A stretch of 64,000 nucleotides of DNA from an uncultured Acidobacteriota bacterium (GTDB lineage Bacteria; Acidobacteriota; Terriglobia; Acidiferrales; UBA7541), in the NCBI GenBank assembly GCA_963814605.1, contig CAWFDD010000003.1, positions 609,734-673,733 on the forward strand. Reading direction: 5' to 3'. The notes under the pieces were generated by a model, which saw nothing but the letters and a program-made list of their open reading frames with translations, had not been told where the DNA came from and searched no databases. Below are positions 28,079 to 37,841 of this stretch, one piece after another. Each line of letters starts with the position of its first letter. Position 1 is the stretch's first letter. Made by a program: the position numbers and the translations under genes.

Positions 28079-28822
28079 ATGTACGAGATTCCAGACGCCA
28101 TTATTTTATCGGGTGGCTTTGGCCTTCGGCTAAAGGGTGTCATTGGCGATGCTCCGAAGCCGATGGCGAAGATCGGCGGACGCCCTTTTTTGGAGCTGCT
28201 GCTGAAGCAATTGAAGCGCCGAGGATTTTCGCGGTTGATTCTGAGCGTGGGATATCGACACGAAGTGATCCGCGAACATTTCGGCGACCGAGCCTTTGGC
28301 ATGGAGCTCATCTATTCGATTGAGACCGCTCCTCTGGGGACGGGCGGCGCATTGCGTGAGGCGGCTCGCCACGTCTGTACCAAAAGTGCGCTGGTTATGA
28401 ACGGAGACAGCTACACCGATGTCGACCTTGACCGGCTCGCCCGGAACCACGGGAGCGGTAGCGCCGACGTCACAGTTGTAGTGATACCTGAAACACGCAG
28501 CGATGCGGGATCGGTCATCTTGGACCGAAACGGCAAAGTGATCACATTCTCTGAAAAGCAAGTTGTCCCCGGGTCTCGTTACTTGAGTGCGGGAATCTAC
28601 ATGTTGGAAATGAGCCTCGCAACCACCATTCCTCAGTCAGATAAGATATCGCTCGAGGAAAAACTGTTCCCCCAGTGGCTCGCGGATGGAAAAGATGTCG
28701 AAGGTTTCATCTTTGAGGGACGATGCCTGGACATCGGCACGCCCGAACGATTTCGCAAGGCCCAAGGCTTGCTCGAGAAGATAGAGGCGGAGCCCATTCT
28801 GGAAAGCGAGGGCCAATCGTGA
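28079..28822 (+). CDS. hddC: Sugar-1-phosphate nucleotidyltransferase, heptose-1-phosphate guanylyltransferase-like
   Basis: The sequence reads AIILSGGFGLRLKGVIGDAPKPMAKIGGRPFLELLL. Its position between the kinase and the gmhA/gmhB genes supports the call. Confidence 0.75.
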   Translation: MYEIPDAIILSGGFGLRLKGVIGDAPKPMAKIGGRPFLELLLKQLKRRGFSRLILSVGYRHEVIREHFGDRAFGMELIYSIETAPLGTGGALREAARHVCTKSALVMNGDSYTDVDLDRLARNHGSGSADVTVVVIPETRSDAGSVILDRNGKVITFSEKQVVPGSRYLSAGIYMLEMSLATTIPQSDKISLEEKLFPQWLADGKDVEGFIFEGRCLDIGTPERFRKAQGLLEKIEAEPILESEGQS

Positions 28823-29778
28823 AGAGTCTGATCACAGGAGCCGCCGGATTCATGGGACCCTTTCTCAGAGATCATTGTTTGCGCGCCGGCAGCGCCGTTC
28901 TGGGAATCGACATTTGTGAGCCTGGGGAACCGTGGGCCAGCGCTTCGTTCGAACACTGCGATGTCCGAGACTATGCGCGTTTTTCTCAGGTGATCTCGGA
29001 ATTCGAGCCCGATCGCATCTTTCACTTGGCCGCCCAAAGCTACCCCACCGTTTCGCTTGAAAAACCACGGGAGACGGTGGAGAGCAATTTGTGCGGAACA
29101 ATCAACCTATATGAGACCCTACGCTCAACTGGATTGAGACCTACGGTTGTTGTTGCCTGCTCGAGCGCAGAGTACGGCCCGGTGGCCGCGGAGGATATAC
29201 CGGTCAAAGAAACCCATCCGCTCCGCCCCCTGCACCCGTACGGAGTGAGTAAGGTCGGTCAGGATCTGATCGCGTCGCAGTATTTCATTAACTTTTCGAT
29301 TCCGACGATTCGAATCCGGATTTTCAATACGACGGGACCGGGGAAAATTGGCGATGTCTGCTCCGACCTAACGAAGCGGGCTGTTGAGCTAGAGATGGGA
29401 ATCAAACACCGGTTTTTGAAGGTGGGCAACCTGACGACTCGGCGGGCCATCGGGGACGTACGCGATCTTATACGCGCACTGTGGGTATCGTCGGAACGGT
29501 GCGATCTCGGCGAGGTCTACAATGTCGGCGCCGAATACGTTTATTCTGTGCAGGAAGTAATCGACGCAATCCACTCACAGATGAACATCAGCTTCGAGGT
29601 CCAGCAAGATCCTGCGCTGATGCGTCCCTCCGACGAGCCAGTGATCGCCGGCGACACAACCAAGTTTCGCAGCCGCTGCGACTGGAAGCCCGAGATTCCG
29701 CTTTCCGCTACCCTCAAGGACATGCTCGAGTGGTGGAGAGTCCGGCTGGCGAGCGCGACACAGGCGTGCAGACACTAG
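28819..29778 (+). CDS. Extended-SDR NDP-sugar dehydratase/4-reductase (Gmd/Rmd-like)
   Basis: The sequence reads VKSLITGAAGFMGPFL..., SSAEYG, PYGVSK and RIFNTTGPGK. The GTG at 28819 overlaps the upstream TGA. Confidence 0.8.
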   Translation: MKSLITGAAGFMGPFLRDHCLRAGSAVLGIDICEPGEPWASASFEHCDVRDYARFSQVISEFEPDRIFHLAAQSYPTVSLEKPRETVESNLCGTINLYETLRSTGLRPTVVVACSSAEYGPVAAEDIPVKETHPLRPLHPYGVSKVGQDLIASQYFINFSIPTIRIRIFNTTGPGKIGDVCSDLTKRAVELEMGIKHRFLKVGNLTTRRAIGDVRDLIRALWVSSERCDLGEVYNVGAEYVYSVQEVIDAIHSQMNISFEVQQDPALMRPSDEPVIAGDTTKFRSRCDWKPEIPLSATLKDMLEWWRVRLASATQACRH

Positions 29779-29939
29779 GGATCATTGCCGCGGCTGTTCC
29801 ATCGTCGGAACCGTCCCGCGTCCTGCGCAAGAGGCCCCGAGGCCGTAAGCGAGGCACACTGCGGAAGTCGGGAAGCGTCGTTTCACGACAGCAGCCCCTT
29901 TCAAAGCGAGTTGGACGCGTCGCGAAGGAGATAGACCTT

Positions 29940-30593
29940 ATGGATCGCGCTATAGAGCTCATCCGAGATCGGGTCAAGCGCAGCATTGAGGTAAAGCAAA
30001 AGTTGCTGCTGGATCCCACGTTCTGCGAACTTACGGCGAAGGCCGCGATGCAAATCGTCAGGTCGCTTCAGGCCGGCCGCAAAGTCCTCTTTTTCGGAAA
30101 TGGCGGAAGCGCTGCGGACGCGCAGCATCTGGCTGCGGAATTTACGGGACGATATCTGAAGGAACGGCGGGCGTTGCCGGCGTTGGCGCTACATGCGAAC
30201 TCGTCATCGGTGACCGCCATCGGTAACGACTACGGCTTTGATTCCGTGTTTGCGCGGCAGCTGGAGGGCCTGGGCGAAAAAGGGGATGTGGCGGTGGGGA
30301 TCTCGACCAGCGGGAATTCGCGCAACGTGGTCCGAGCGCTGGAGGTCGCAAAATCGAAATCGATTTACAGCGTTGCGCTTACGGGCGCATCCGGCGGCCT
30401 TATGAAGAGAATCGCAGACTGCACGATTTGTGTGCCATCGAAGGAGACACCGCGCATTCAGGAGTGCCATATCCTCACTGGTCATTTGATCTGCGAGATC
30501 GTGGAGCTCATGCTTTTCGACGACGATGGCAACTCGCTCCAAGAAGTCAATATCACAGCCGCGCCTGCGCCGCGCCGTTCCGGGGATAGATAG
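29940..30593 (+). CDS. gmhA: Phosphoheptose isomerase (SIS domain)
   Basis: The sequence reads ...VLFFGNGGSAADAQHLAAEFTGRY...ALHANSSSVTAIGNDYGFDSVFARQ...GISTSGNSRNV. The ATG at 29940 has a gaaggag RBS. The first 153 codons of the track ORF are an Arg-rich overlap with the upstream gene. Confidence 0.9.
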   Translation: MDRAIELIRDRVKRSIEVKQKLLLDPTFCELTAKAAMQIVRSLQAGRKVLFFGNGGSAADAQHLAAEFTGRYLKERRALPALALHANSSSVTAIGNDYGFDSVFARQLEGLGEKGDVAVGISTSGNSRNVVRALEVAKSKSIYSVALTGASGGLMKRIADCTICVPSKETPRIQECHILTGHLICEIVELMLFDDDGNSLQEVNITAAPAPRRSGDR

Positions 30594-30607
30594 GAGCTAC
30601 GTTCAAC

Positions 30608-31198
30608 TTGCTGAGAATCGCTTTCTCAAACGACAGAAGTGAGGTCAGGACGCCCGCACTCTTCATCGACCGCGACGGCGTCATAAACGTCAAGAGACCC
30701 GGCGACTACGTTTTGAATTGGTCACAGTTCGTCTTTGTTCCAGGCATCCGGGCGGCTTTGAGGGAGCTCTTCTCTCTGGGACTGCCGATGATAATTATTT
30801 CGAACCAAGCGGCGGTCGGTAAGGGTCTCCTCTCGATTGCTGTCTTGGAGGAAATAACCGCCTCATTGCACAGAAGCCTGCTCGCGGACGGCACTGCACT
30901 TTCTGCGGCCTACTATTGCCCACATAAAGCTGACGAGGGTTGTGTTTGCAGAAAGCCCAAGCCCAGATTGCTTTTCAAAGCGGCCGAGGATTTCAACATA
31001 GACCTCCGCCGATCCATTTTCATCGGCGATTCTGACATAGACATGCAAGCTGCCCGGGCTGCGGGCTGTGCGTCGGTGCTGTTCGGCGCGGATAACGCTT
31101 CACAGTCGTTGGCGCTAACGGATCTTCCTATCGCGCGCAGCGTCACGGACCTCTTCCCGATGGTCGCGAAGTGCCTACAGGCCACAGAACATGTTTGA
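30608..31198 (+). CDS. gmhB: D,D-heptose 1,7-bisphosphate phosphatase (HAD-IIIA)
   Basis: The sequence reads ALFIDRDGVIN...ISNQAAVGKG...YYCPHKADEGCVCRKPKP...IFIGDSDIDMQAARAAG. Confidence 0.85.
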   Translation: MLRIAFSNDRSEVRTPALFIDRDGVINVKRPGDYVLNWSQFVFVPGIRAALRELFSLGLPMIIISNQAAVGKGLLSIAVLEEITASLHRSLLADGTALSAAYYCPHKADEGCVCRKPKPRLLFKAAEDFNIDLRRSIFIGDSDIDMQAARAAGCASVLFGADNASQSLALTDLPIARSVTDLFPMVAKCLQATEHV

Positions 31199-31236
31199 GT
31201 CAGACTTTCGTAGCTTATAAAGGACAGCAGATTGGC

Positions 31237-32970
31237 TTACTGAACGGTCGCCGTCAGGTTCGTCGGGGGACTCGGAGGATTCACGGGAGGTGGGCCGCCC
31301 GTAGTTAGAGGATGCGGGTACGTGTATGGCGTGTAGTAGAGCGTCCAAGTGTTCGCAGCGGTGCAAACGTAAAGTGCCGGTGAAGAGCCCCCGGTATACC
31401 AGTAACCCACGCCGGGAACGCCGCCCGTGTTGTATAGCGTTCCACCATTTGGGTTCGTCATGCAATTTGGCGCGTTCGTATAAGCGCTCGCGTTTGTCGG
31501 TAGCAATGTTCCCGTGCCTATCCCCGCTGTTCCGTTGAAGCTGCTTCCCACAGAATCCGTGTAATAGTCTTGATTGGCAGTGAGCATCCCCGAGTTATCG
31601 TTCACAAGTGTCGTGGAACCAGACGTGTATGTGTTGGCCCAAACGTAGATAGGAACAATGGCTTGGCGCGGCCATTGCCCATTGTTTGTTGAGCAACCTT
31701 GAGTGATGTTACAAAGCGGAAAATTCCCAGTGCTAGTGCCGGGAGGATTGCCAATAGAATCCCCCATTCCGCGCCCTGGGCCGTCTAGGCAGGGGTAGCC
31801 AGTGGCCGTGTTGCTGTTGCCGTCCCAGGGACTTCCAGTGCCATTGAAATTCGTGCCGCAGTATCCCCAACCAGATGGCGGGACGGTGCAGCAACCGGAA
31901 TAGGCGTTATTTTTGCGTGGCACGTCGAGGGTGACGGCATTGGGATAGCCGCTCGCAACGGTGTTCCCCCACCACAGCGTAGTGCCGCCGTTATTTGAAT
32001 AAACCGAGTTGCCATTCCCAGACTGCGGCGCACCCGTTAGGTTGTTATCGTAAAACTCGGCTGCCCGACAGGAGCGTTCGTAGAACGTCGTCCCGTGCTC
32101 GGCGGTTCCGTTCACGTTGACGCCTGTGTTGTGCCGGAAAACCCAACGACCCCCTACAACGCAGTTTCCAAACCAACCGTAGGAAAAATAACTGTCTTCG
32201 ATGAAGAAGAATCCACTGGTTCCAAAACCGTCTGCGGCACGCCACGACGCGTTGCCCTGAATCTGCTGCCCGCCTGCGTTGGGGCTGTCGTTTAACCCTC
32301 CCCAACCGACGCCGTTGTACACGTCGAACGTGTCCATGTCGGCGTTTGAAACAGACTGGAGGTAATTATGATCGGCTACGCCAGTTGTGTTGCCCTGACC
32401 GACATACACAGAAGAACCGCCGCTCACGGTAAGGTAGAAATGGCAGTGGTCCACTCGAATCGAATTGTTTGGTCCGCCCACGCTGATAAGCCCGAACTGC
32501 GCGACGTTGCTAGAGCCGTTTTGAAGGATGGCAATTCCAGTAAACCGCAGAAGTTTTCCGGGCGCGTTCTCGGTAAGACTGAATAGCTCGCTTGTATTGC
32601 TTAACTGATCTGTGATGGCGGTCTGATCGGTTCCCGTGGGAGTCGTACCACCTGAACCAGTGGGGGCCATCGCCCCCGCGCCCTGAATCGTGACGGTGTT
32701 GTTGGTCGTAAAGCTTATGACATTCCCAGCTCCTGTCCACGTGCAGGCTCCTGCTGGGATCGCAATGATATCGCCGTCTGCGGGATGCGCCTGCTCACTG
32801 TTTATGGCCGTCTGTATGTCGTTCGGATTGCAACTGGCTGCCGTGTATGTCGCCTGCGCGTGAGCTGGCAAGCAGGAGAGTGCAATCGACGAGCAAACCA
32901 ACCCGAACCACTTTATCCCTCTTGACACGGCCGCCGCTCGCTTCGAGAAATAGCACATCTTCATAATCAT
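31237..32970 (-). CDS. Secreted right-handed beta-helix protein (pectate-lyase-fold), a candidate glycan depolymerase
   Basis: The signal peptide is MIMKMCYFSKRAAAVSRGIKWFGLVCSSIALSCLPAHAQA. G/N/T/S-rich beta-helix coils follow. The C-terminus is a Pro-rich linker plus PTNLTATVQ. This is the only minus-strand gene in the biosynthetic block. Confidence 0.6.
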   Translation of the reverse strand: MIMKMCYFSKRAAAVSRGIKWFGLVCSSIALSCLPAHAQATYTAASCNPNDIQTAINSEQAHPADGDIIAIPAGACTWTGAGNVISFTTNNTVTIQGAGAMAPTGSGGTTPTGTDQTAITDQLSNTSELFSLTENAPGKLLRFTGIAILQNGSSNVAQFGLISVGGPNNSIRVDHCHFYLTVSGGSSVYVGQGNTTGVADHNYLQSVSNADMDTFDVYNGVGWGGLNDSPNAGGQQIQGNASWRAADGFGTSGFFFIEDSYFSYGWFGNCVVGGRWVFRHNTGVNVNGTAEHGTTFYERSCRAAEFYDNNLTGAPQSGNGNSVYSNNGGTTLWWGNTVASGYPNAVTLDVPRKNNAYSGCCTVPPSGWGYCGTNFNGTGSPWDGNSNTATGYPCLDGPGRGMGDSIGNPPGTSTGNFPLCNITQGCSTNNGQWPRQAIVPIYVWANTYTSGSTTLVNDNSGMLTANQDYYTDSVGSSFNGTAGIGTGTLLPTNASAYTNAPNCMTNPNGGTLYNTGGVPGVGYWYTGGSSPALYVCTAANTWTLYYTPYTYPHPLTTGGPPPVNPPSPPTNLTATVQ

Positions 32971-33380
32971 GCGTTTATTGTTGCCTTGAGGGGAACGCGG
33001 GGTCAACTGTACCGAAGACCAGTATTGGGCCACCTATACAGTGCATGTGATCCGTCAGAAACAGCAAGAACCCATAAATTGAATCGGCACATTGTCTGAG
33101 ATCGGCTTTAGATCGGCGGGTGAAGTCTCTGCTTAACCAGTTCGCACTTTGTCGCAAAATATCGGGTTGTTCGCCGCCTTCAGCAGATCTGACCGAGCAT
33201 TGCCTCCGGCCAACGAGGGGCACTTGAAGTCCTACTTTGAACGAGCCGGCGAATCTTTCAGTTGTCGAGAACACCTACGTCGTAGGGCCGTGACCCGGCG
33301 GCTTGTCAGCTCGAGTCGCCACGGCGGCTTTTTCATTCGCGACGCATCGACTGTCTCACCGATAAAAGGGAGCCGAATAA

Positions 33381-34025
33381 ATGAACATCGTGGATCGCAC
33401 GACCAATTTCGTTGTCGCGGCGTTGAAAAGCTATGCGCCTTCGGGCATTAAGAAAATTCTCTGGGACAAAGAATTCTCTGGGACGAAATGGAATTTTATT
33501 GATAACACGGCCGGCGACTGCGTCTATCCCAACCTAGAAAAGTACGCCCGAAATGGCAGCATCCTCGATCTCGGATGTGGCCCAGGTAACACAGCCAACG
33601 AGCTGGCGACAACGGCATACCAGAGCTATGTAGGAGTCGACATATCCGAGGCGGCGCTCGAAAAGGCCAGAAAGAGAACGGTTGAAAACGGACGGGAGAA
33701 CAAGAATAGATTTCTCCAGGGAGATTTCATAAAGTACGAACCAAACCAGAAGTTCGATGTAATCCTCTTCCGCGAGTCCATTTATCATGTACCAATGAGG
33801 GAAATTAAGCAGACGCTCGATCACTACGTGAAGTACCTGACGAGCGACGGCGTTCTTCTCGTCCGATTGGGGCTTTCAGACGGCAACAACAACGGGAAAG
33901 AAAAGCCGAGGCCCGCAGCGATGGTCCGGATCATGCAGGCCGAATTCGAGGTTGTCGAGAAGAATCAGTATCCGGGAGTCGCAAGGCCCGTGGTGCTGGT
34001 TTTGCGGCCACGTCGCAAGTCTTGA
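33381..34025 (+). CDS. Class I SAM-dependent methyltransferase
   Basis: Motif I is ILDLGCGPGNTANELA, with ...VGVDISE...FDVILFRESIYH following. The RBS is aagggag. Confidence 0.85.
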   Translation: MNIVDRTTNFVVAALKSYAPSGIKKILWDKEFSGTKWNFIDNTAGDCVYPNLEKYARNGSILDLGCGPGNTANELATTAYQSYVGVDISEAALEKARKRTVENGRENKNRFLQGDFIKYEPNQKFDVILFRESIYHVPMREIKQTLDHYVKYLTSDGVLLVRLGLSDGNNNGKEKPRPAAMVRIMQAEFEVVEKNQYPGVARPVVLVLRPRRKS

Positions 34026-34106
34026 GCCAAGGCCCTTGACCGTTCGTTATGACGCGGTCATCACCGACTCGACAATCCCGTTGTGGTAATCGAAAGGAGC
34101 GCATTT

Positions 34107-35420
34107 TTGAGAATCAGCATCTTCGGATTGGGTTATGTGGGCACGGTTTCGGCGGGATGTCTTTCGAGCGAGGGACACGAAGTCGTCGGCGTGGATCCTG
34201 TTCCCACCAAGGTTGACCTGATCAATAGGGGACTTTCCCCGATCATCGAAGCCGAAATTGGCAGTCTTGTTGAATCGAGCGTAAAGTGCGGGCGGTTGCG
34301 CGCAACCGGTGATCCCGCCGAAGCCATTCACGCCACGGAACTGTCTTTCGTCTGCGTGGGTACGCCGAGCCAACCGAATGGGAATCTTGATTTTCGATAC
34401 ATCCGGCGCATCTGTGAGCAAATCGGCCAAGCGATCAAGGACAAAGCCGCGCGTCACACGGTCGTGATTCGCAGCACGGTCCTGCCTGGCACCATGCACG
34501 ACATAGTCATTCCGACTCTGGAGGAATTCTCGCGAAAACGAGCGGGCACGGATTTCGGAGTCTGCCACAACCCCGAGTTTCTGCGGGAAGGTTCGGCGGT
34601 GAGAGATTTCCATGCGCCTCCCAAAACGGTAATCGGAGAACTAGACAAGGCCAGCGGCGACATACTCGCTAAGATATACGAAAAGCTCGATGCGCCCCTC
34701 ATTCGAACTGATCTCGAAACCGCCGAGATGGTGAAGTACGTGGACAACTGCTGGCATGCGTTGAAGATTGGCTTCGCAAACGAAATTGGGAACTTTTGCA
34801 AAGTCTTCGATATTGACGCGCACAAGGTGATGGGCATTTTCTGCCAGGACAAGAAACTCAACATTTCTCCAGCCTATCTGATGCCTGGATTTGCTTTCGG
34901 GGGCTCGTGTTTGCCCAAGGACTTGCGCGCGCTTTCCTACAAAGCTAAGTCGAACGATCTCAATCTGCCGATTTTGACGTCGGTCCTGCCGAGCAATGAG
35001 ATGCAGATTAGCCGCGGCGTGCAGATGATCATTGACAAGGGGCAGAAGAAGGTTGGCATCTTGGGATTCAGTTTTAAGGCCGGAACGGACGATTTGCGCG
35101 AAAGTCCGGTGATCGAGGTGATTGAACGGCTTCTCGGCAAGGGATTTGACGTCCGCATCTACGACAAGAACGTAAATATCGCGAGTCTGGTTGGTGCCAA
35201 CCGCGACTTCATCCTCAATCACATACCTCACATCTCGAGGATTATGGTGGACCGCATGGATGCCGTACTAGAGCACGCGCAAACGGTTGTGATCGGCAAC
35301 AAGGATCCGGAGTTCCAAAGGGTGCCGCAAGCACTGCGCGATGGACAGGTGCTGGTGGATTTTGTTCGGATCAATGACCGCCGCAGCGAAAAAGGAAAAT
35401 ACGATGGCATTTGCTGGTAG
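34107..35420 (+). CDS. algD: GDP-mannose 6-dehydrogenase (UDP-glucose/GDP-mannose dehydrogenase family, AlgD-like)
   Basis: From memory, it is collinear with Pseudomonas AlgD end to end: (M)RISIFGLGYVGTVSAGCLSSEGHEVVGVD...FVCVGTPS...NPEFLREG...PGFAFGGSCLPKD...SFKAGTDDLRESP...GICW. The start is the TTG at 34107 with an aaggag RBS. Confidence 0.85.
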   Translation: MRISIFGLGYVGTVSAGCLSSEGHEVVGVDPVPTKVDLINRGLSPIIEAEIGSLVESSVKCGRLRATGDPAEAIHATELSFVCVGTPSQPNGNLDFRYIRRICEQIGQAIKDKAARHTVVIRSTVLPGTMHDIVIPTLEEFSRKRAGTDFGVCHNPEFLREGSAVRDFHAPPKTVIGELDKASGDILAKIYEKLDAPLIRTDLETAEMVKYVDNCWHALKIGFANEIGNFCKVFDIDAHKVMGIFCQDKKLNISPAYLMPGFAFGGSCLPKDLRALSYKAKSNDLNLPILTSVLPSNEMQISRGVQMIIDKGQKKVGILGFSFKAGTDDLRESPVIEVIERLLGKGFDVRIYDKNVNIASLVGANRDFILNHIPHISRIMVDRMDAVLEHAQTVVIGNKDPEFQRVPQALRDGQVLVDFVRINDRRSEKGKYDGICW

Positions 35421-36609
35421 CGAGGTCGAAGTGCCGGTGGCGGACGCAGCTGCGAAGAGCCGGATCTTCGAATCTATCAACCGGCTGTCGGGCTGGCTAG
35501 AGAGGAACGAGTATAGCGGCTACGACACCTTCGATGGCCTGAATGCCCGTTTCGTTCGTCCCTTCACCTTCAACAGCAAGTTCTTGAATACCGTTTTGCA
35601 ACAGGGAGTTCGCCGCTTTCCCCTGAATTTGCGTCCATTGTTGGGAGTTCGCAAGGACCTATCCACGAAAGGCATGGCCTTTCTCGCCCGCGGATTCATA
35701 CGTTTGCACACCGCGACGGGCGAAAAGGATTGGGCCGCCAAAGCCGATTTTTGCCTCCGGTGGCTCATTCAGAATCAATCGAAAGGCTATAGCGGCGCCT
35801 GCTGGGGCAATCACTTTGACTATCAATCCCGCAGCTTCTATTTGCCGAAGAATGTGCCGACCGTCGTATGGACTTCGCTGATTGGCCACGCATTTCTCGA
35901 CGGATACGATCACTTCAAGAACGAAGAATACCTGGAGATCGCCGTAAGTGCGTGCAAGCACATCATGAATGACTTGGACAAATATCCTGATGGCGAGGGG
36001 ACCTGCATCAGCTACATCCCGAATGGTAAGAGCCTGGTGCACAACGCGAATACGCTGGGCGGAAGCCTGCTGGCTCGTACGTATTCCTTCACGCGCACCG
36101 ATGACTATCGGGCGCTGGCGCAGAGGGCGATACAGTACACGGCTCAATATCAGCGGCCTAATGCATCGTGGTACTACGGTGAGAAGACCAATCTTCACTG
36201 GGTCGACAATTTCCACACGGCCTATGTATTGGATTGTTTCAAGTACTATGCCGACGCCACGGGAGATAGCCGATTCGACCGGAACATGATTGGCGGGTAC
36301 GAATATTGGAAGAAGACCTTCTTCTTGTCCGACGGAACCCCCCGATATTACGACCGCAAAACATTGCCGATCGATATTCAGTGCTGCTCACAAGCGATCG
36401 ACACGCTTGTTTTCTTTCATGACCGGGATACCGAAAGCCTGAAGTTGGCACTGAAAGTAGCCGACTGGACGATTGAACATATGCAGGATCGAAGCGGTCA
36501 TTTTTACTACCGTCGCTACTCGCCGTGGCTGGTCAACAAAACCCCCACGCTGCACTGGGGACAGGCGACGATGCTCTGTGCTCTAGCTGGACTCCACCAA
36601 TCGTTGTAA
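35404..36609 (+). CDS. Hypothetical protein, with an alpha/alpha-toroid-like repeat pattern
   Basis: The ATG at 35404 overlaps the algD-like stop. Recurrent helix-hairpin signatures are present (GYSGACWGNHFDYQS, NASWYYGEK..HWVDNFHTAYVLD). No catalytic motif is recognised. Confidence 0.5.
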   Translation: MAFAGSEVEVPVADAAAKSRIFESINRLSGWLERNEYSGYDTFDGLNARFVRPFTFNSKFLNTVLQQGVRRFPLNLRPLLGVRKDLSTKGMAFLARGFIRLHTATGEKDWAAKADFCLRWLIQNQSKGYSGACWGNHFDYQSRSFYLPKNVPTVVWTSLIGHAFLDGYDHFKNEEYLEIAVSACKHIMNDLDKYPDGEGTCISYIPNGKSLVHNANTLGGSLLARTYSFTRTDDYRALAQRAIQYTAQYQRPNASWYYGEKTNLHWVDNFHTAYVLDCFKYYADATGDSRFDRNMIGGYEYWKKTFFLSDGTPRYYDRKTLPIDIQCCSQAIDTLVFFHDRDTESLKLALKVADWTIEHMQDRSGHFYYRRYSPWLVNKTPTLHWGQATMLCALAGLHQSL

Positions 36610-36623
36610 TTTCAACAGCCCCC

Positions 36624-37841
36624 GTGAAAAATAAAGTTCTTATCATCGTCGAAAATCTACCGGTTCCCTTCGATAGTCGTGTTTGGAAGGAGGCGTGTTC
36701 GCTGCATCAGAACGGCTACGATGTATGCGTGCTTTGTCCGCGCGGCAAAGGCTACGAACTCAGCTACGAGGTTCTCGATGGGATTCATATTTACCGGCAC
36801 CCAACGTCCAAAGAGGGAAACAGTGCGTTTGGATATCTACGGGAGTATGGCTGGGCGCTGTTTTGGGAGTTTCTGTACTCGTGGAAGATTTTCTTGGAGC
36901 GAGGATTTAATGTCATCCAAGGTTGCAACCCGCCCGATGACATTTTCTTAATTGCTCTGCCGTTCAAGCTGCTGGGGGTCAAATACATTTTCGATCATCA
37001 CGACGCGAATCCCGAACTCTACCATTCCAAATATGGCGAGACTGGATTCATGTACAAAGTTCAAGTCTGGCTCGAGAGGCTGACTTATTTCTTCAGTGAC
37101 GCTGTCATGACCACCAACAACAGCTACAGTCGCCTGGCCGTGACTAGGGGGCATCATGATCCACGGAACGTATTCGTGGTTCGCAACGGTCCCGATCTGG
37201 AAACGTTCAGACCCGTGCCGCCAATTCCCGCTCTGAAGCATGGGAAGCCTTTCCTCGTCGGTTATGTTGGGACCATGAGCATCCAGGAGGGGCTGGACAT
37301 TCTCCTCGATGTCGCGCTCCATTTTAAGAAGTCAGGACGCCGCGACATTCATTTCACTTGTATTGGAGGTGGGCCCGGATTGGCAGAACTCAAGAAGATG
37401 GTCCAAGACAAAGACCTGGCCGACACCGTTAATTTCACCGGCCGGATTCCCGATCAGCAGTTGCTGGAGATTCTCTCGACTGCGGATGTTTGTGTCAATC
37501 CGGACAAGCCATGCGAAATGAACGACATTTCAACCATGATCAAAATTATGGAATACATGGCTCTGGGTAAGCCAATCGTCCAATTCGACCTGAGAGAGGG
37601 CAAATTCAGCGCGCAGGACGCGTCCCTGTACGCGAGCAAAGACGATCAGGTGGCCGACTTCGCCGCCAAAATAGTTTGGCTGCTTGAAAATCCCGAGGCG
37701 CGAAAGCGAATGGGCGAGTTTGGACAGAGACGCGTGAGGGATGAATTGGCATGGGAATATTCCGTTGCCAATCTACTCGCTGCCTATCAGAGCGTTGTCC
37801 GAGAGTCCAATCTCCGCTCGCGAGGATCAGTTCTTTCATGA
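36624..37841 (+). CDS. Glycosyltransferase family 4 (WbuB-like)
   Basis: The N-terminus is VKNKVLIIVENLPVPFDSRVWKEACSL. The C-terminal part reads ...VCVNPDKPCEMNDISTMIKIMEYMALGKPIV. The start is the GTG at 36624, after the upstream TAA. Confidence 0.8.
   Translation: MKNKVLIIVENLPVPFDSRVWKEACSLHQNGYDVCVLCPRGKGYELSYEVLDGIHIYRHPTSKEGNSAFGYLREYGWALFWEFLYSWKIFLERGFNVIQGCNPPDDIFLIALPFKLLGVKYIFDHHDANPELYHSKYGETGFMYKVQVWLERLTYFFSDAVMTTNNSYSRLAVTRGHHDPRNVFVVRNGPDLETFRPVPPIPALKHGKPFLVGYVGTMSIQEGLDILLDVALHFKKSGRRDIHFTCIGGGPGLAELKKMVQDKDLADTVNFTGRIPDQQLLEILSTADVCVNPDKPCEMNDISTMIKIMEYMALGKPIVQFDLREGKFSAQDASLYASKDDQVADFAAKIVWLLENPEARKRMGEFGQRRVRDELAWEYSVANLLAAYQSVVRESNLRSRGSVLS

Noticed and set aside
28450-28462. 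Near-matches to the ops core in coding sequence, namely AGCGGTAGCG at ~28455 and AACGGTAGCGCGGC at ~50949. Reverse-strand CTACCGCT strings at ~11421, ~40013 and ~56325 were also seen.
   Set aside because: Each has at least one mismatch in the 8-nt core. They lie inside genes or on the wrong strand, and they are not preceded by a promoter-like element.
29481-29939. N-terminal extensions of track ORFs. These include the 153 extra codons before gmhA, and the extensions at 28723, 14673, 36525, 37751, 35341 and 62957.
   Set aside because: The extensions overlap the preceding gene in another frame and are Arg-rich. Conserved family N-termini with good RBSs, or ATGA/GTGA start-stop overlaps, begin downstream.
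34107-35420. Interpreting the locus as an alginate operon because of the AlgD-like dehydrogenase and the AlgI-like MBOAT.
   Set aside because: No Alg8/Alg44 synthase, AlgK/E/G/X/L/J/F homologs are visible. The MBOAT sits with FkbH, ACP and DltD-like genes 20 kb away. GDP-mannuronate is more likely one of several donors for a heteropolymer.
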